Notes: generated from the letters alone by a model not told the origin. A stretch of DNA of 64,000 nt from an uncultured virus (IMG/VR IMGVR_UViG_3300048009_000750) (IMGVR_UViG_3300048009_000750); one strand, 5' to 3'. Shown: positions 46,852-57,850, counted from the stretch's first letter. A program made the numbers and translations.

Positions 46852-48432
46852 CTAATTGCTACTTATAAAGATCGGCATTGGCATTTCGTAATCCTCTTCG
46901 TGATCTACTTGTGTAAACGTATTATAAACAGTTGGATCCCAATCTTTCATAACATTTATAATCCTCAATGTTAAAATTAACGCACTAACCAAATCGTCAG
47001 TGTTTCCTGGTTTTGCTTGGAAACTACTTCCTGTAGCAATAAACCCTTTTAATTCTGTAATTAAAGGTTTGCTTCTTATTACAAGTTTATCATTTTCTAT
47101 CATAGTCTTTAATCTTGCACAAGCTGTAGTTTTACTACCGTGTGTTGTGTTGAACCCTTTGCGGAACTTCCTAATATGCCCTTTCCGTATAGGTTCACTA
47201 ATAAACAATCCTGGTATATTCTCTTCGCCAAAGTCTTGGATAACAATAAGTGCTGCTTCTCCTATACCGTTATTTTCAACACTCCAGTAAATATTACTAC
47301 CTTCACTTTTTGTTGTATCAGAAATATATTTACATATATCACGCATTACTCTAATCTGCCCAGGTATTGCTGTTAAATTATGTTTCCATTCTGCTACTTG
47401 TTCGTATGTTGGTAGTTCTAAAACTTGTATTGCAGCATTATCCCCACCTGTGCCCATTGCAGGATCTAAAGCAACTGTGTAGTTTTTGTCTAAAGACGGA
47501 GTTTTATACCAGCGCACTTGTCCCATATTTAATGTTGGATTATTTCCTTCCATAACTGCAAGTTTAAGACTATTAATTAATGTTTCATCAAATACCAAAA
47601 ACTCGCAGCCGTATTCACGACGAAACTTTTCTTCGCCGATGCGCCCTATTTCGTCTATTTTCCAATCTTCATCTCTGTCTGGATGTTCGCTCCAATGTGC
47701 AATAAATGAATGAAATCCATTAATACCTACCTCACGTTCGTTACCGTGTTCATCAAACTTTTGTTCTGCTTGCTTCCAAATAGTAGCAAATGTGTCTTCA
47801 TCACTATTAGGTGTACTAGTAATAATAGCACGACCACCTGTTGCTAGTGTAGGTGATATTGATGTCCAAAACTCTTCTGCGATGTTAGGTTGCACAAATG
47901 CAAACTCGTCACAGTATAATAAAGAAATAGAAAGACCACGTCCTGTAGTTCCTGTTGTTGTTTGACTGATAATCCGTGAACCATTTTCAAACTCTATACT
48001 ACCTTTATTATAACTAGTAACACCTGCACGTATATGGTCAGGACAAAGTTCATAAACATATCTTATACGTTGCATAATCTCCTGTGCACCGGTATATTTG
48101 TGTGCAGCAATAAGGATGGTTTGATCTGGATTAAACATTGCAAACCAAGCCAAATATATACTTGCACAAGTTGTTTTTCCTGTTTGTCTTGGCATCATAT
48201 TAATGTTGAAACGATAATTATGGTAACTATGCATAAGTCCTAATTGGTATTCAAAAGGATCGAATATAAGTTTACCTTGAACAGGATGTTGTATATGTGC
48301 AAACTTACGTGCGAAATATAGATAGCCTATATCTTTATCCATACAAGACATTAAATCTTGTATTTGCGCTTCTGTATATGTTTCCTGTTTATTTGCTTTT
48401 TTGGTAAGGACACCGTCGAGTGATTTAGACAT
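46852..48432 (-). CDS. terL: Terminase large subunit (T4 gp17-like)
   Basis: PRQTGKTT, YCDEFAF, STPN, FRREY, LDPA, DDLV; start reassigned to ATG 48432. Confidence 0.95.
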   Translation of the reverse strand: MSKSLDGVLTKKANKQETYTEAQIQDLMSCMDKDIGYLYFARKFAHIQHPVQGKLIFDPFEYQLGLMHSYHNYRFNINMMPRQTGKTTCASIYLAWFAMFNPDQTILIAAHKYTGAQEIMQRIRYVYELCPDHIRAGVTSYNKGSIEFENGSRIISQTTTGTTGRGLSISLLYCDEFAFVQPNIAEEFWTSISPTLATGGRAIITSTPNSDEDTFATIWKQAEQKFDEHGNEREVGINGFHSFIAHWSEHPDRDEDWKIDEIGRIGEEKFRREYGCEFLVFDETLINSLKLAVMEGNNPTLNMGQVRWYKTPSLDKNYTVALDPAMGTGGDNAAIQVLELPTYEQVAEWKHNLTAIPGQIRVMRDICKYISDTTKSEGSNIYWSVENNGIGEAALIVIQDFGEENIPGLFISEPIRKGHIRKFRKGFNTTHGSKTTACARLKTMIENDKLVIRSKPLITELKGFIATGSSFQAKPGNTDDLVSALILTLRIINVMKDWDPTVYNTFTQVDHEEDYEMPMPIFISSN

Positions 48433-48445
48433 ATTGTATTTAATC

Positions 48446-48472
48446 AAAAAAATAGCGCCCGAAGGCGCTATT
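48446..48472 (-). terminator. Rho-independent terminator
   Basis: AATAGCGCC-TTCG-GGCGCTATT followed by a T-tract. Confidence 0.85.
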
Positions 48473-48492
48473 GAGTTCTGGGGGTATTTACT

Positions 48493-49506
48493 TTATTTTT
48501 TCTTTTCTTGTAAAGCTGCACTTAATTGCGCACGTAATGTATCTTCTAGTGCCATTGGATTATCGCCGCCAGCAACTTTTGCATATGATTTTTTCTTCTT
48601 ATGTAAGTCGTCACCGTGTGGTATACTTGCACTTACATCGTTGCTGTAAACTTCGTCTGGAGCACTTGGTTCGTCGTCATATTCGTCTCCCATTACTCCA
48701 TCATCTTCTTCTGTAGCAGAAATCATTCTTACCATATCGCCCATATCTGGTTCTGAATCGCAACCGCAAGAAGAATCTTGATTTATATCATTTGCATCAA
48801 CTGCTTTTGCATCTGCTGCTCCAGCTAGTTGCATCATACGAATTAAATCCTCTGCACTACCCGAAATAGTTATATCTTCATTTATAGGTGTATTTGTGTT
48901 GTTTGTACTTGCCATCTGGTTACTCCTTGGTACATTTGGATTACCGCTTTGTGTATTTCTAGATGGAGGTGCAAAACTTTTGCTTTGAATTTTTTGATTT
49001 TTATTATTATCAGGTGCAGCTAGTTTTTCTAATCTTTTCATAGTATTAGGACCTACAATACCATCAACTTTGAGTCCTTGATTTTTTTGGAAAGTCATTA
49101 CAGCTTTTGAAGTTTGTGGTCCCCATTTGCCGTCTACTTTTTTAGAGTTTTGCCCATATAATAATTTTTGTAATTCTTTTACCATAGGGCCTGTTCTAAT
49201 CATTTTTTTGTTATAGTATACACCGCCTGGAGCTTTAGGTGCTGCTTGTGCTGCTTTGTTTTTGTCATAAACTGCTTGAGCAGCTCTTGCTCCTGCTTGC
49301 TCGGCATCATCGCGTCCTTGTGGAACTCTAGGTGCTTTGTCAGGATCATTCCAAGTACTACCACCTTGTGATCCACCTTGTGTTTTATTCACTGCTTGCT
49401 GTGCTGCTTTTTTTGCTTTATTTTTTTCTAGCCCCATACCGACTAGAGCGCCCATTAACGCTGCCACTAATGGTGCTACTTCATTTATTTGTTCTTTTTT
49501 ACTCAC
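48493..49506 (-). CDS. Protein with a peptidoglycan-binding (PG_binding_1-like) domain
   Basis: VKELQKLL...VDGKWGPQT..AV..FQ...GLKVDGIVGPNT. Confidence 0.8.
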   Translation of the reverse strand: MSKKEQINEVAPLVAALMGALVGMGLEKNKAKKAAQQAVNKTQGGSQGGSTWNDPDKAPRVPQGRDDAEQAGARAAQAVYDKNKAAQAAPKAPGGVYYNKKMIRTGPMVKELQKLLYGQNSKKVDGKWGPQTSKAVMTFQKNQGLKVDGIVGPNTMKRLEKLAAPDNNKNQKIQSKSFAPPSRNTQSGNPNVPRSNQMASTNNTNTPINEDITISGSAEDLIRMMQLAGAADAKAVDANDINQDSSCGCDSEPDMGDMVRMISATEEDDGVMGDEYDDEPSAPDEVYSNDVSASIPHGDDLHKKKKSYAKVAGGDNPMALEDTLRAQLSAALQEKKK

Positions 49507-50057
49507 GATAATACCGCCTTACTATTTTCAACATCGCCAATGTCTTTGCTTTCACCTGTTGGCACTTCTGCCATTGGATCAACTTCGCGATCTTTGCGAG
49601 ATGCTTCTAATTCTTTTAATAAATCCATTACTCTATTTGCTCCAGCATTTTCCTGTGCTGATTCACCACCTAATTCTTCTTGTGTAAGTTTTGCTATATA
49701 TTCTTCGTCGTCTTTTTCTTGCTGATAAAGTTCTTGTGGTTCGTTAGGGTTACGTACAATTATATGGCTTTGTGGAACTTTGCAAACACTTCCTAAGTAT
49801 TCTTGTAATACTCTACTAGTTGTTGGATACATTAAATCCACTTCATAGTAGTGTACTTCTGTATTCTCCAACTGTGGAAAATCTAGTGGGCGTTCTTGAA
49901 TTGGTGTTTTTTTGCCTGTTGACATTTTGCCAACGCCAAATTTTTGCAATCCTCTTTCCATATGATCTTCAAAATGTTCAGGTAGTTCACCTGCCACGCC
50001 TACTTTAAAAGAATATACTTTTTTGGATTCGGCTAAGTACTCTGTAAAACTTTTCAT
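49503..50057 (-). CDS. Probable internal head protein
   Basis: N-terminus MKSFTEYLAE resembles the T4 capsid-targeting sequence. Confidence 0.7.
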   Translation of the reverse strand: MKSFTEYLAESKKVYSFKVGVAGELPEHFEDHMERGLQKFGVGKMSTGKKTPIQERPLDFPQLENTEVHYYEVDLMYPTTSRVLQEYLGSVCKVPQSHIIVRNPNEPQELYQQEKDDEEYIAKLTQEELGGESAQENAGANRVMDLLKELEASRKDREVDPMAEVPTGESKDIGDVENSKAVLS

Positions 50058-50077
50058 AATTGTATTCCTATTATAAA

Positions 50078-50566
50078 CTATTTATCTTTATCTAGACCTT
50101 TTAAGCGTTCAAGTAGACTATTTCTGTCAGTGACAACATATCCTTCACCATTGACTATACCATCAGGAGCTACGCCGCCGTCTTTGTCCATTTTTTCTTT
50201 TTTAAGTTGCAAGTCTACCATCTTTAATTTTTTATCTAGTTTTGCAATTTTAGCATCTAATGATGTTTTAAGCATTGTTCCTGCTACTTCAAACACTCTG
50301 CCGGAATATCTTGACTCTACGTTCATACCTAAATCCATTAAATCATCGTATGCAGTCATAGCTTTGTTTGCAACTTCATTAAGTTCTTTGTCTGCCATAT
50401 CTCCTAAGCCTTTAACAGCAGGCAGAGCACTTGCAATTTTATCAAAGTCGGCAATATCTCTAAATGTATCTTCTTGTTCTACAATAGCATTTTGTGCTTT
50501 TTCTTTATTTTCTTCTTTGATATCATCAGGTGCAATATTTAATAAATCTTCTAGTTTTTTGGTCAT
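50078..50566 (-). CDS. Putative terminase small subunit
   Basis: Helical coiled-coil protein with R..EVA..ML pattern near terL; function tentative. Confidence 0.5.
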   Translation of the reverse strand: MTKKLEDLLNIAPDDIKEENKEKAQNAIVEQEDTFRDIADFDKIASALPAVKGLGDMADKELNEVANKAMTAYDDLMDLGMNVESRYSGRVFEVAGTMLKTSLDAKIAKLDKKLKMVDLQLKKEKMDKDGGVAPDGIVNGEGYVVTDRNSLLERLKGLDKDK

Positions 50567-50595
50567 AATATTATTCCATTATATGCTACTATTAT

Positions 50596-51222
50596 TTAGT
50601 CAATATTATTGGTTAGTGCATTTATTTTTTGTTGTGCTGTCCATACTATACTTGTCCTAGCAGTTATCCAATGTGTGTAATCTTGTAATTCTTGTTTGTT
50701 TTCTGTCTTAAGTTGTTGTTCGCTTTTATGTTGATACTGTACTAAATTTTCTATTTGCCAAATATTCATAGGATGATCTGTTGTAGGTGGATTATTTAAC
50801 ATTGTTTTTGCTTGTTCTACAACTTTTTGTGCTGCACTAGGTGTGAATACACTTGCTGACACTCCTCCTAAGTACCCTCTTTTTTGTCTTTGTATACGCC
50901 ATTGTTCTACATCAATTTTAGGAAAGTTTTGTTTTTTGACTGCTAAACAATTTATCTGTGTACATAATATATTTTCTTTTTTGTAATAAGGTAAACAAAG
51001 CCAACGTAGTAGATAAAAGTGTTCTCTTGTAGGATTAGTAGGAAATAAATTTGTAACATCTACACTTTCTACTTTGTATTTCTTACATTTTTGTATAATA
51101 CTGTTGCTTGGTTTATACAAAGCAATTATTTTTTTATTGTTATAAAATTTATTTAATTGTTTAATCCATAAATCAAAGTAAAGATTAAAGTATACAGGAT
51201 CAGCTGCACAATATATTATCAT
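50596..51222 (-). CDS. Hypothetical protein (IYCAADPVYF; possibly glycosyltransferase-derived)
   Basis: 208-aa AT-rich ORF inserted in the structural operon. Confidence 0.7.
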   Translation of the reverse strand: MIIYCAADPVYFNLYFDLWIKQLNKFYNNKKIIALYKPSNSIIQKCKKYKVESVDVTNLFPTNPTREHFYLLRWLCLPYYKKENILCTQINCLAVKKQNFPKIDVEQWRIQRQKRGYLGGVSASVFTPSAAQKVVEQAKTMLNNPPTTDHPMNIWQIENLVQYQHKSEQQLKTENKQELQDYTHWITARTSIVWTAQQKINALTNNID

Positions 51223-51656
51223 CTACGTTTGCCTTGATGAAATATATCTCCTTCATTTACAACTCGAAACAGCATACCCTTTTGTTTACAATAGGCTCTA
51301 GCTGCTGACCATTTTGCTTGATTCACTGCGTAGTGCAATTGATTAGTTCTACTACGGCCTGCTTTCTCTAATGTAGTTTGATTTGATGGTTTTACTTCAA
51401 CCAGTTCAACTTTTTGTTTACCTGTACGATCAACATAAACCATAAAAAAGTCAGGAACATAAATTGTGTACTTTCCACTTAGTGGGTTTCTGTAGGGTAT
51501 TTTTACTGCTTCACTTGCCCATTTTGTTATATTTTCATTTGTATCACACATACGCATAAAAGCGTATTCCCAACTACTTCTATATGTTGGCGTTCTGCCT
51601 CCTATATATTTGCTAGGATTTTTAAGCGCATACTTTCCTTGAGCAAAACGAGCCAT
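51219..51656 (-). CDS. Head completion nuclease (T4 gp4-like)
   Basis: NPSKY, YRSSWE, WASE, YVPDF, VEVKP, NQAKW. Confidence 0.9.
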   Translation of the reverse strand: MARFAQGKYALKNPSKYIGGRTPTYRSSWEYAFMRMCDTNENITKWASEAVKIPYRNPLSGKYTIYVPDFFMVYVDRTGKQKVELVEVKPSNQTTLEKAGRSRTNQLHYAVNQAKWSAARAYCKQKGMLFRVVNEGDIFHQGKRR

Positions 51657-52036
51657 TACAACACAATATTTCTAGCTTCTCTACTTTGTACCAATGGTAA
51701 CACTTGATAACCTAATGCACTTGATTTACTTCTGTTTACATTAATAATTGTGGTAACTAATTTACTAATTTGTACTTCGGTTAATCCTTTTAAAGTATCT
51801 AAAATACTATACACAGGTGTCTTTTCTAATTCAGCTTGCTGTAATATTACAGTAGATACAGCAATAGCACTTTGTTTTTCAAAACCTCTTTTTTCAAAAA
51901 AACCAACAACACTATCTACTTGATTAGATGTAAAATTAATTTGTTTGGTAAAATATTTGTTAAAGAATTCTTTTACTTCTCCTGCACTATCTTGATTTTT
52001 TGATATACCTGCTATATCTGTGTAATTATTACTCAT
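51656..52036 (-). CDS. Hypothetical virion-module protein
   Basis: 126-aa coupled ORF. Confidence 0.75.
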   Translation of the reverse strand: MSNNYTDIAGISKNQDSAGEVKEFFNKYFTKQINFTSNQVDSVVGFFEKRGFEKQSAIAVSTVILQQAELEKTPVYSILDTLKGLTEVQISKLVTTIINVNRSKSSALGYQVLPLVQSREARNIVL

Positions 52037-53364
52037 TGCGCATTCCTTATATTATCAAAATTATCTATTGCAACTTGTCCAAACGCATCTTTTTGTGATC
52101 TACTTAAACTATTCCAACTTTCTTTTCTATCGTTTAAATTTCCCGATTGTTGTGAATTAAAGTAAAGATTTCTAAATGCAAAGTCGTCTTTGGCTTGTTG
52201 ATTATTATTTAAAACATTCAAAGCATCATTACGTGGTAAGCTGAAGATACTATTATTATTATCTGCAAGTTGTAATGATTGTGTTTGTGCAGCAGTATTT
52301 CCAGAAGGAAATACTGCGTTGTTCAATCCGTTTATAGCAGAAGTTGCAAATATAGCTAATGCACCATTTAAAATAGAATCTTTTTCTGCATTTAGATCAG
52401 CATTTGATAAATTTTTAATATTCCTAATCGTGTTTATACCAGTTAATACAGTGCCTATATTACTATTACCATTTTCTATATCTTTAAACACAGATGTAAT
52501 ACCACTTAAAATACCACCGTCTCCGAATAAATTAGTTGAGCCTCCACCTTCTATAGATAATGGACTAGGTGTAACATCGTAATGTGATGGATCAGCAAAG
52601 CCTGCTGGATTGTCTTGTGTAGTCAACCCTCTGCCATACATAACAGATTCATACTCAACTTGCATTTCGTTTTTTGTAAAACTATTTGACCCTTGTTCGA
52701 GATTATCGTGTCTTAAACTAGTTATCAAAGGATTTACCATTGTATAACTAGTAAATGTACTTTGTCCACTATTACCGTGCAATTGATTTATTGTAATACT
52801 ATTAAAGAAAGGTGCTGATGGTCTAGTTTTGTCCAAGCCATATCTGTAACTGTTCCTAATGTCACTTCCGTATATATTATCAGGATTGTTAATATAAGGT
52901 AACGGTACCGTTGTATCAGGTTGTCCTGCAGCATTTTTTCTTGCATAATTTGGATCTTGGTAGTAATATCTAAAATATGTTTCCCATAGTAATGTTGTTA
53001 AACCTGCATTATCATCGTGGAATGTAAGACTTACAGGATCATATCTCAATCCTGTTTGTATAAGTTTTTTCCTATTGTATTGATTCTTTGTATCAGTTTG
53101 TAAAGTGTAACTAGGCAAATCTGCTGATGATACTAATAGATTAAATTCTTTTTTGTTTAGTAATTGTCCTACTGAGTTTCCCAATGATGCTAGGGCAACT
53201 TGATTTATATCAAATACAACGTGATATAAAAATTTGAAGTTAGGTGCAAGGCGTAAATTATTGCGCACATACAATGCACTAGCGTGAGCATAGTCGCCCA
53301 TATTGCCTTTAGGATTTCCTAAAGAACTAGTAAAATTATCAAAGAATCCATTAAACTTACTCAT
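52033..53364 (-). CDS. Tail tube initiator / baseplate-tube junction protein (gp54/gp48-like)
   Basis: Tube-like motifs (ADLPSY, YDPVSLTFHDD); adjacent to the tube gene. Confidence 0.65.
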   Translation of the reverse strand: MSKFNGFFDNFTSSLGNPKGNMGDYAHASALYVRNNLRLAPNFKFLYHVVFDINQVALASLGNSVGQLLNKKEFNLLVSSADLPSYTLQTDTKNQYNRKKLIQTGLRYDPVSLTFHDDNAGLTTLLWETYFRYYYQDPNYARKNAAGQPDTTVPLPYINNPDNIYGSDIRNSYRYGLDKTRPSAPFFNSITINQLHGNSGQSTFTSYTMVNPLITSLRHDNLEQGSNSFTKNEMQVEYESVMYGRGLTTQDNPAGFADPSHYDVTPSPLSIEGGGSTNLFGDGGILSGITSVFKDIENGNSNIGTVLTGINTIRNIKNLSNADLNAEKDSILNGALAIFATSAINGLNNAVFPSGNTAAQTQSLQLADNNNSIFSLPRNDALNVLNNNQQAKDDFAFRNLYFNSQQSGNLNDRKESWNSLSRSQKDAFGQVAIDNFDNIRNAQ

Positions 53365-53400
53365 AACGTATTTATCATTTTACAAAAACACGTACATAAT

Positions 53401-53429
53401 AAAAAAAGGAGCCATAAAGACTCCTTTTT
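53401..53429. terminator. Terminator hairpin after the tail tube gene
   Basis: AAAAAGGAG...CTCCTTTTT. Confidence 0.7.
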
Positions 53430-53450
53430 GTGCAATCTCTATGTTATGTG

Positions 53451-54077
53451 TTAGCTGCCGCCACCTGTTGAAAGGCTGCTTACATTTCTTGCTACTGTAC
53501 TACCTACGCCTGTTCCGACTGGTGTTTGGATTGCGTTATCGTACATAATTGTAAGTGCAACTGTTACTGGATCACTACTTGCATAAGCAACTGACCCATA
53601 ATCGACTGATGTTAGGTATGCACCGTAAATTTCCCAAGTTTCTAAAACATTTGGAGCATTTACACCGTTACCACCATCTAGTATTTCTAAACGCTGTGTG
53701 AACTTGTAATCAATACCTGATGCAGCACTTGCTTGTTCGAAGAAATCAAATTGCTTCTGTAGTTGCTCGCCGACTAGCTTAGTAACATTTCCGTTTACAT
53801 CATCTCGCAAGTTGACAGTAATTTCATTCCAGCTGTGCTTACCAGCAATGTTTACTTTACTGTTGTAAACGTGTAGTTCTTGATTTTCAAAACTAATTGT
53901 TGGACGACTTGCATCTATAACTTGTTTTGTAAGTTCCTGTGTTTCATTTGATACACCAAAATTTTCTAGTGTAACACGGAAACGATATTGTAACTTTGGC
54001 ATAAGCAAACCTTGGTTGGTTGCGCTTGTATCATTTGCCAAAGGCACTGTAATATTTGTGAGTGTTGAGATTGCCAT
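53451..54077 (-). CDS. Tail tube protein (gp19-like)
   Basis: PKLQYRFRV, AGKHSW, WEIYGAY, YDNA; follows the sheath gene. Confidence 0.9.
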   Translation of the reverse strand: MAISTLTNITVPLANDTSATNQGLLMPKLQYRFRVTLENFGVSNETQELTKQVIDASRPTISFENQELHVYNSKVNIAGKHSWNEITVNLRDDVNGNVTKLVGEQLQKQFDFFEQASAASGIDYKFTQRLEILDGGNGVNAPNVLETWEIYGAYLTSVDYGSVAYASSDPVTVALTIMYDNAIQTPVGTGVGSTVARNVSSLSTGGGS

Positions 54078-54143
54078 ATATAACTCCTATCTACAAGTAT
54101 TTATCATTGTAGGATGTTAAATTAATAACACCCTACTTAATGA

Positions 54144-57100
54144 TTATAATCCTGCTATTTCTCCTGTGTTTTTCAAACGTAGCGGAATGTAAATAAATTC
54201 TACTGCTTTTACTGGTTCTACAGCAATATCTACATACAATTCGTTTCTATCAATTCTTGCTGGTGTGTTGTTTGTTTCATCACAAACTACTAAGAAGTCA
54301 TAAAGAGCTCTAAGTCCTACTAGTTCGATCATTAAACTTTCAACTTGTTGCTTGATTTCGTCACGTGTGATTTTATCGTTTGGTTCAAACAAGTATGGTT
54401 TAGCAAGCTGATTTAGCTGACTACGTAAGTAAACAGTAAGTCTCGCTACATTTACTCTATCTAAGGCACTTGCAGCTCTAGCACGAGTTTTTTGTCCAAA
54501 TACAACTAGTCCTGCACCTGTTAAGAATGTAATTGGGTTAACATTGTTTTGATACAATGTATCTCTTTGACCTTCATTAAGTGCAATACTTACAAATTCG
54601 CCTTCAGCATTGATATATCCTGTTGCTGTTGCATTGTTTACACCGCCACGTCTTGTGCCTGCTGGTGCAAACCAAGGATAAGCAACTTGATCATTTAGTG
54701 CCATTGTACGTAGCACCATATGACTTGGAGGAACAACTACATTATTACCTGCATTGTCACTTGTAAACCCACTTGGATAGTAAACACCTAAGTATTCATC
54801 ACGTGTTACTAAGCCGTCATCGTTATCTTCTGGTGCCAATGCTTGATTAGTTGCCCAGTTATTCAATGAAGTTGCATCTGGTGTTAAACGCATTGGTGAA
54901 TCACCTATAACAAATCCTGTCAATCCTCTGTCTGCATTTAAGCTTATCATTTCTCCGATTAATTCAGGATATCCTGGTGTTGCAATTAAGTTAAAGATAC
55001 GTGATTCGTCATCTCTAATATCATCGTTACTGTTAATCATTGCTTGCAATGCTTGTACAACAACTTTTCGCTGTGCAATTCTACCAAATGCACCCGAACC
55101 ATCTGCATTGTTTGCTGACTCGGTTACCCATCTATGTGGATAATAAGTTGCTTGGCTTGCTTCTCCCATACGCACATTTACACCTGATACGTCTACATAA
55201 TTACGTACAAAACGCTTAACGTTAAATCCGCTCTTACGTGTGTTCCATAATAACATACCTTTTGGATATAGTGCTGGATCTGGACAATCTGTGTCTACAA
55301 AGTTGCTTACAATCAGATCAGCAATTTCACCTTCGGTATGCGTTGTTGCTGTACCACCATTTGTACTCCAACGTGCATCTGCAAATAGTACACCATTTTC
55401 GGTAGTTTGATCAGTATTGTCTAACAATACCCATTTATTACCTGTTAACGCACTATTGTACACGTATATTTTTGGAAAGTTTTCTAAATCTGATGTGCTA
55501 ATCCAAACATCGCCAGTTACTAAGTTATTACCATCTGGACGACTTGAGTTATCTGGTTCTGCTGCACTTACAATTGGTCCTGCTGCACTAGGTGCATTTG
55601 CAGGAGTTGCGTTATACACTGGAGAATCAGCATTTAGATATCCTGCCCATTTTGTACCATCGTGAATCATAATATCAATTTCATCAATTACACTACTGTA
55701 CCATAGTGCTCCATCTGCTGCTAGTGCAGTTGGTGCAGTGCTACTTGCTGTATATGATAGGCCTTTCCATAACGATGCAGTAAGTTTTTCTGGATTACTA
55801 CCATCTTCGCCCGGTTGCCAGTATAAGTTAGCAGTGGTTCCTGCTACAAATCCTGCATCAGAAAGCGCATTATCTGTATCTACTAAGTTTACTTCTCCAC
55901 CTAGTCTATGTGTAATAGTAACTCTATTTTGACTATCTACAGTTGCTGAAACATTAACTAAACCTAAGTTGTTTACTGCTTCTGCCATTAAATCTGCATC
56001 TCCAATTGCACCTGTTGCTGTAAACGTTGCTGTTACAGGCGCAGTCATTGTAGCATTGCCTTTTAATGATTCACTTACAGTAAATGTTTTTGCACCTGAG
56101 CCAAATGTAGTTCCGATAATTTTTTCTGATGTAACATTTGTTGCACCAGATGAGGCTCTATAATATACATAATATGATGCTAATTCTGGAGTATCATTAG
56201 CAGCATTATATTTTACATACAATGAATTAGATGCTAAATTTGCACCACCACCTGAATTATCTAGCTTTTGTATAGCTGTTGCATTATCAGTATAAATTGG
56301 TGAAGATGTTAAATCCCAAGTTTCTGTAGAACCATTCCATCTACGTACTTTCCAATTTGCTCCTAAATTTGGTTCTGTAGTTTTAACCCACAAGCTTCCT
56401 GTTGGTCTAGGATTTGTATCTCCTGACTTGTATTCTGGAACACTTGTATGCGGTGCAATAGTTAATGCAGTGGTATAATATGTAGCTGCTGTTACGCCTA
56501 CATCTGCTAATGGAGTACCTGTACCGTCTGCAATTACTATATAGTCTCTTCCACTACCGTCGTTGTAAATTTCTAGTTTGTTATCAACAACTGCTGCTGT
56601 AATGCCTGTAATACCTGCACCGGTAATATCAGATGCCAAAGATGTAAGTGTTGTACCTGAGGTTGTAATAGTAACAGGTACTCCACTTATATCAATAGTA
56701 AGTGTTTCACCTGTGCCAGTTGTGCCCCCGGCTGTACTTGTAACTGATGGCCAACTTTTCTTCCAAGCTGCACTACCTACTTCTACCCACGCTCCGCTTT
56801 TATTTTTGTAATATGTTTTTAATGTTGTGCTTGTAGCTCTAACCGCATAATCACCAACTACACCAACTGACCCTTTTGGTGCGCCTGTTGCGCTTCCGCC
56901 TACTAGCTGCGTAACATCTGTAATTACAATAGGTGTTTTATTTCCAAACGTTTGTCCACCTGTAGTTGTAATTGCTGATGAATTCCATTCTTGAATACCA
57001 AACAACGATGTTTGTGTATCCAACCACCAAGTTCCATCTGCTGGATTTGCAGTAGTTGGAGTTGCACTTGCTGATATATTTGATAAGTCAACATCACCTC

Positions 57101-57431
57101 TTACGATATATGCTCTGTTACTTACACCTAAATACGAGTAAGCAGCTTGTAAACCGTATTCGTTTTGTTCGCCACCGTGTATTGGATTATTATTTGAATC
57201 AGTGTAAAACGATGGATCCCCAAACGTTTCTACCAAATCTCTTTGAGATGTCATCAAATACACTTTACCAGCATTTGCTTTTGTTGTACCTGGGGCAATA
57301 CCGGTTCCTGCTCCATTTAATTTGTCTTGAGCAGTTGCTACAAAGATAATAGGTGTTGTGCCTGGTTCAGCTGGAGTATAGAAACTCTCGTCAATTACGC
57401 TAACCTGTACACCTGGTGATGTTAAAGCCAT
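54144..57431 (-). CDS. Tail sheath protein (gp18-like)
   Basis: SPGVQV..IDES, PWFAPAG..RG, VFGQKT, DRVNVARL, PVKAVEFIYI; start reassigned to ATG 57431. Confidence 0.95.
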   Translation of the reverse strand: MALTSPGVQVSVIDESFYTPAEPGTTPIIFVATAQDKLNGAGTGIAPGTTKANAGKVYLMTSQRDLVETFGDPSFYTDSNNNPIHGGEQNEYGLQAAYSYLGVSNRAYIVRGDVDLSNISASATPTTANPADGTWWLDTQTSLFGIQEWNSSAITTTGGQTFGNKTPIVITDVTQLVGGSATGAPKGSVGVVGDYAVRATSTTLKTYYKNKSGAWVEVGSAAWKKSWPSVTSTAGGTTGTGETLTIDISGVPVTITTSGTTLTSLASDITGAGITGITAAVVDNKLEIYNDGSGRDYIVIADGTGTPLADVGVTAATYYTTALTIAPHTSVPEYKSGDTNPRPTGSLWVKTTEPNLGANWKVRRWNGSTETWDLTSSPIYTDNATAIQKLDNSGGGANLASNSLYVKYNAANDTPELASYYVYYRASSGATNVTSEKIIGTTFGSGAKTFTVSESLKGNATMTAPVTATFTATGAIGDADLMAEAVNNLGLVNVSATVDSQNRVTITHRLGGEVNLVDTDNALSDAGFVAGTTANLYWQPGEDGSNPEKLTASLWKGLSYTASSTAPTALAADGALWYSSVIDEIDIMIHDGTKWAGYLNADSPVYNATPANAPSAAGPIVSAAEPDNSSRPDGNNLVTGDVWISTSDLENFPKIYVYNSALTGNKWVLLDNTDQTTENGVLFADARWSTNGGTATTHTEGEIADLIVSNFVDTDCPDPALYPKGMLLWNTRKSGFNVKRFVRNYVDVSGVNVRMGEASQATYYPHRWVTESANNADGSGAFGRIAQRKVVVQALQAMINSNDDIRDDESRIFNLIATPGYPELIGEMISLNADRGLTGFVIGDSPMRLTPDATSLNNWATNQALAPEDNDDGLVTRDEYLGVYYPSGFTSDNAGNNVVVPPSHMVLRTMALNDQVAYPWFAPAGTRRGGVNNATATGYINAEGEFVSIALNEGQRDTLYQNNVNPITFLTGAGLVVFGQKTRARAASALDRVNVARLTVYLRSQLNQLAKPYLFEPNDKITRDEIKQQVESLMIELVGLRALYDFLVVCDETNNTPARIDRNELYVDIAVEPVKAVEFIYIPLRLKNTGEIAGL

Positions 57432-57574
57432 TTTAATTCTCCTATGGGTCAATTTCTTTATTACTATTATTTAGCTGATTTGGTGAAATTCTAAGGTTTA
57501 TAACAAGTAATACACGCATTTTTCTGTTGACTTTTTTTAAAAAATACACTATTATAAAAAGAAAAGGATTGCTT

Positions 57575-57850
57575 ATGGATATAAACTACAAATTTGACGA
57601 AAACAAATATATTGAAGAATTCTCGAAGTACATTGATAAAACGTATAACGGACATTATAGTACAAATAAGTTTCAGTCAACTGAGGTTATAATTGATAGA
57701 GGACACGGCACAGGATTTTGTATGGGCAATGTTGACAAGTATGCAAATAGATATGGTAAAAAAGGCACAAAAGACGATGCCAGAAAAGACTTAATGAAAA
57801 TTTTACATTATGCTTTAATTCAATTATACGTTCACGACAACGACCTTTGA
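57575..57850 (+). CDS. DUF3310-like (putative nucleotide kinase-related) protein
   Basis: GHY...GFCMGNVDKY..RYGKKG...DLMK..HY; upstream TTGACT-17nt-TATTAT. Confidence 0.75.
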   Translation: MDINYKFDENKYIEEFSKYIDKTYNGHYSTNKFQSTEVIIDRGHGTGFCMGNVDKYANRYGKKGTKDDARKDLMKILHYALIQLYVHDNDL

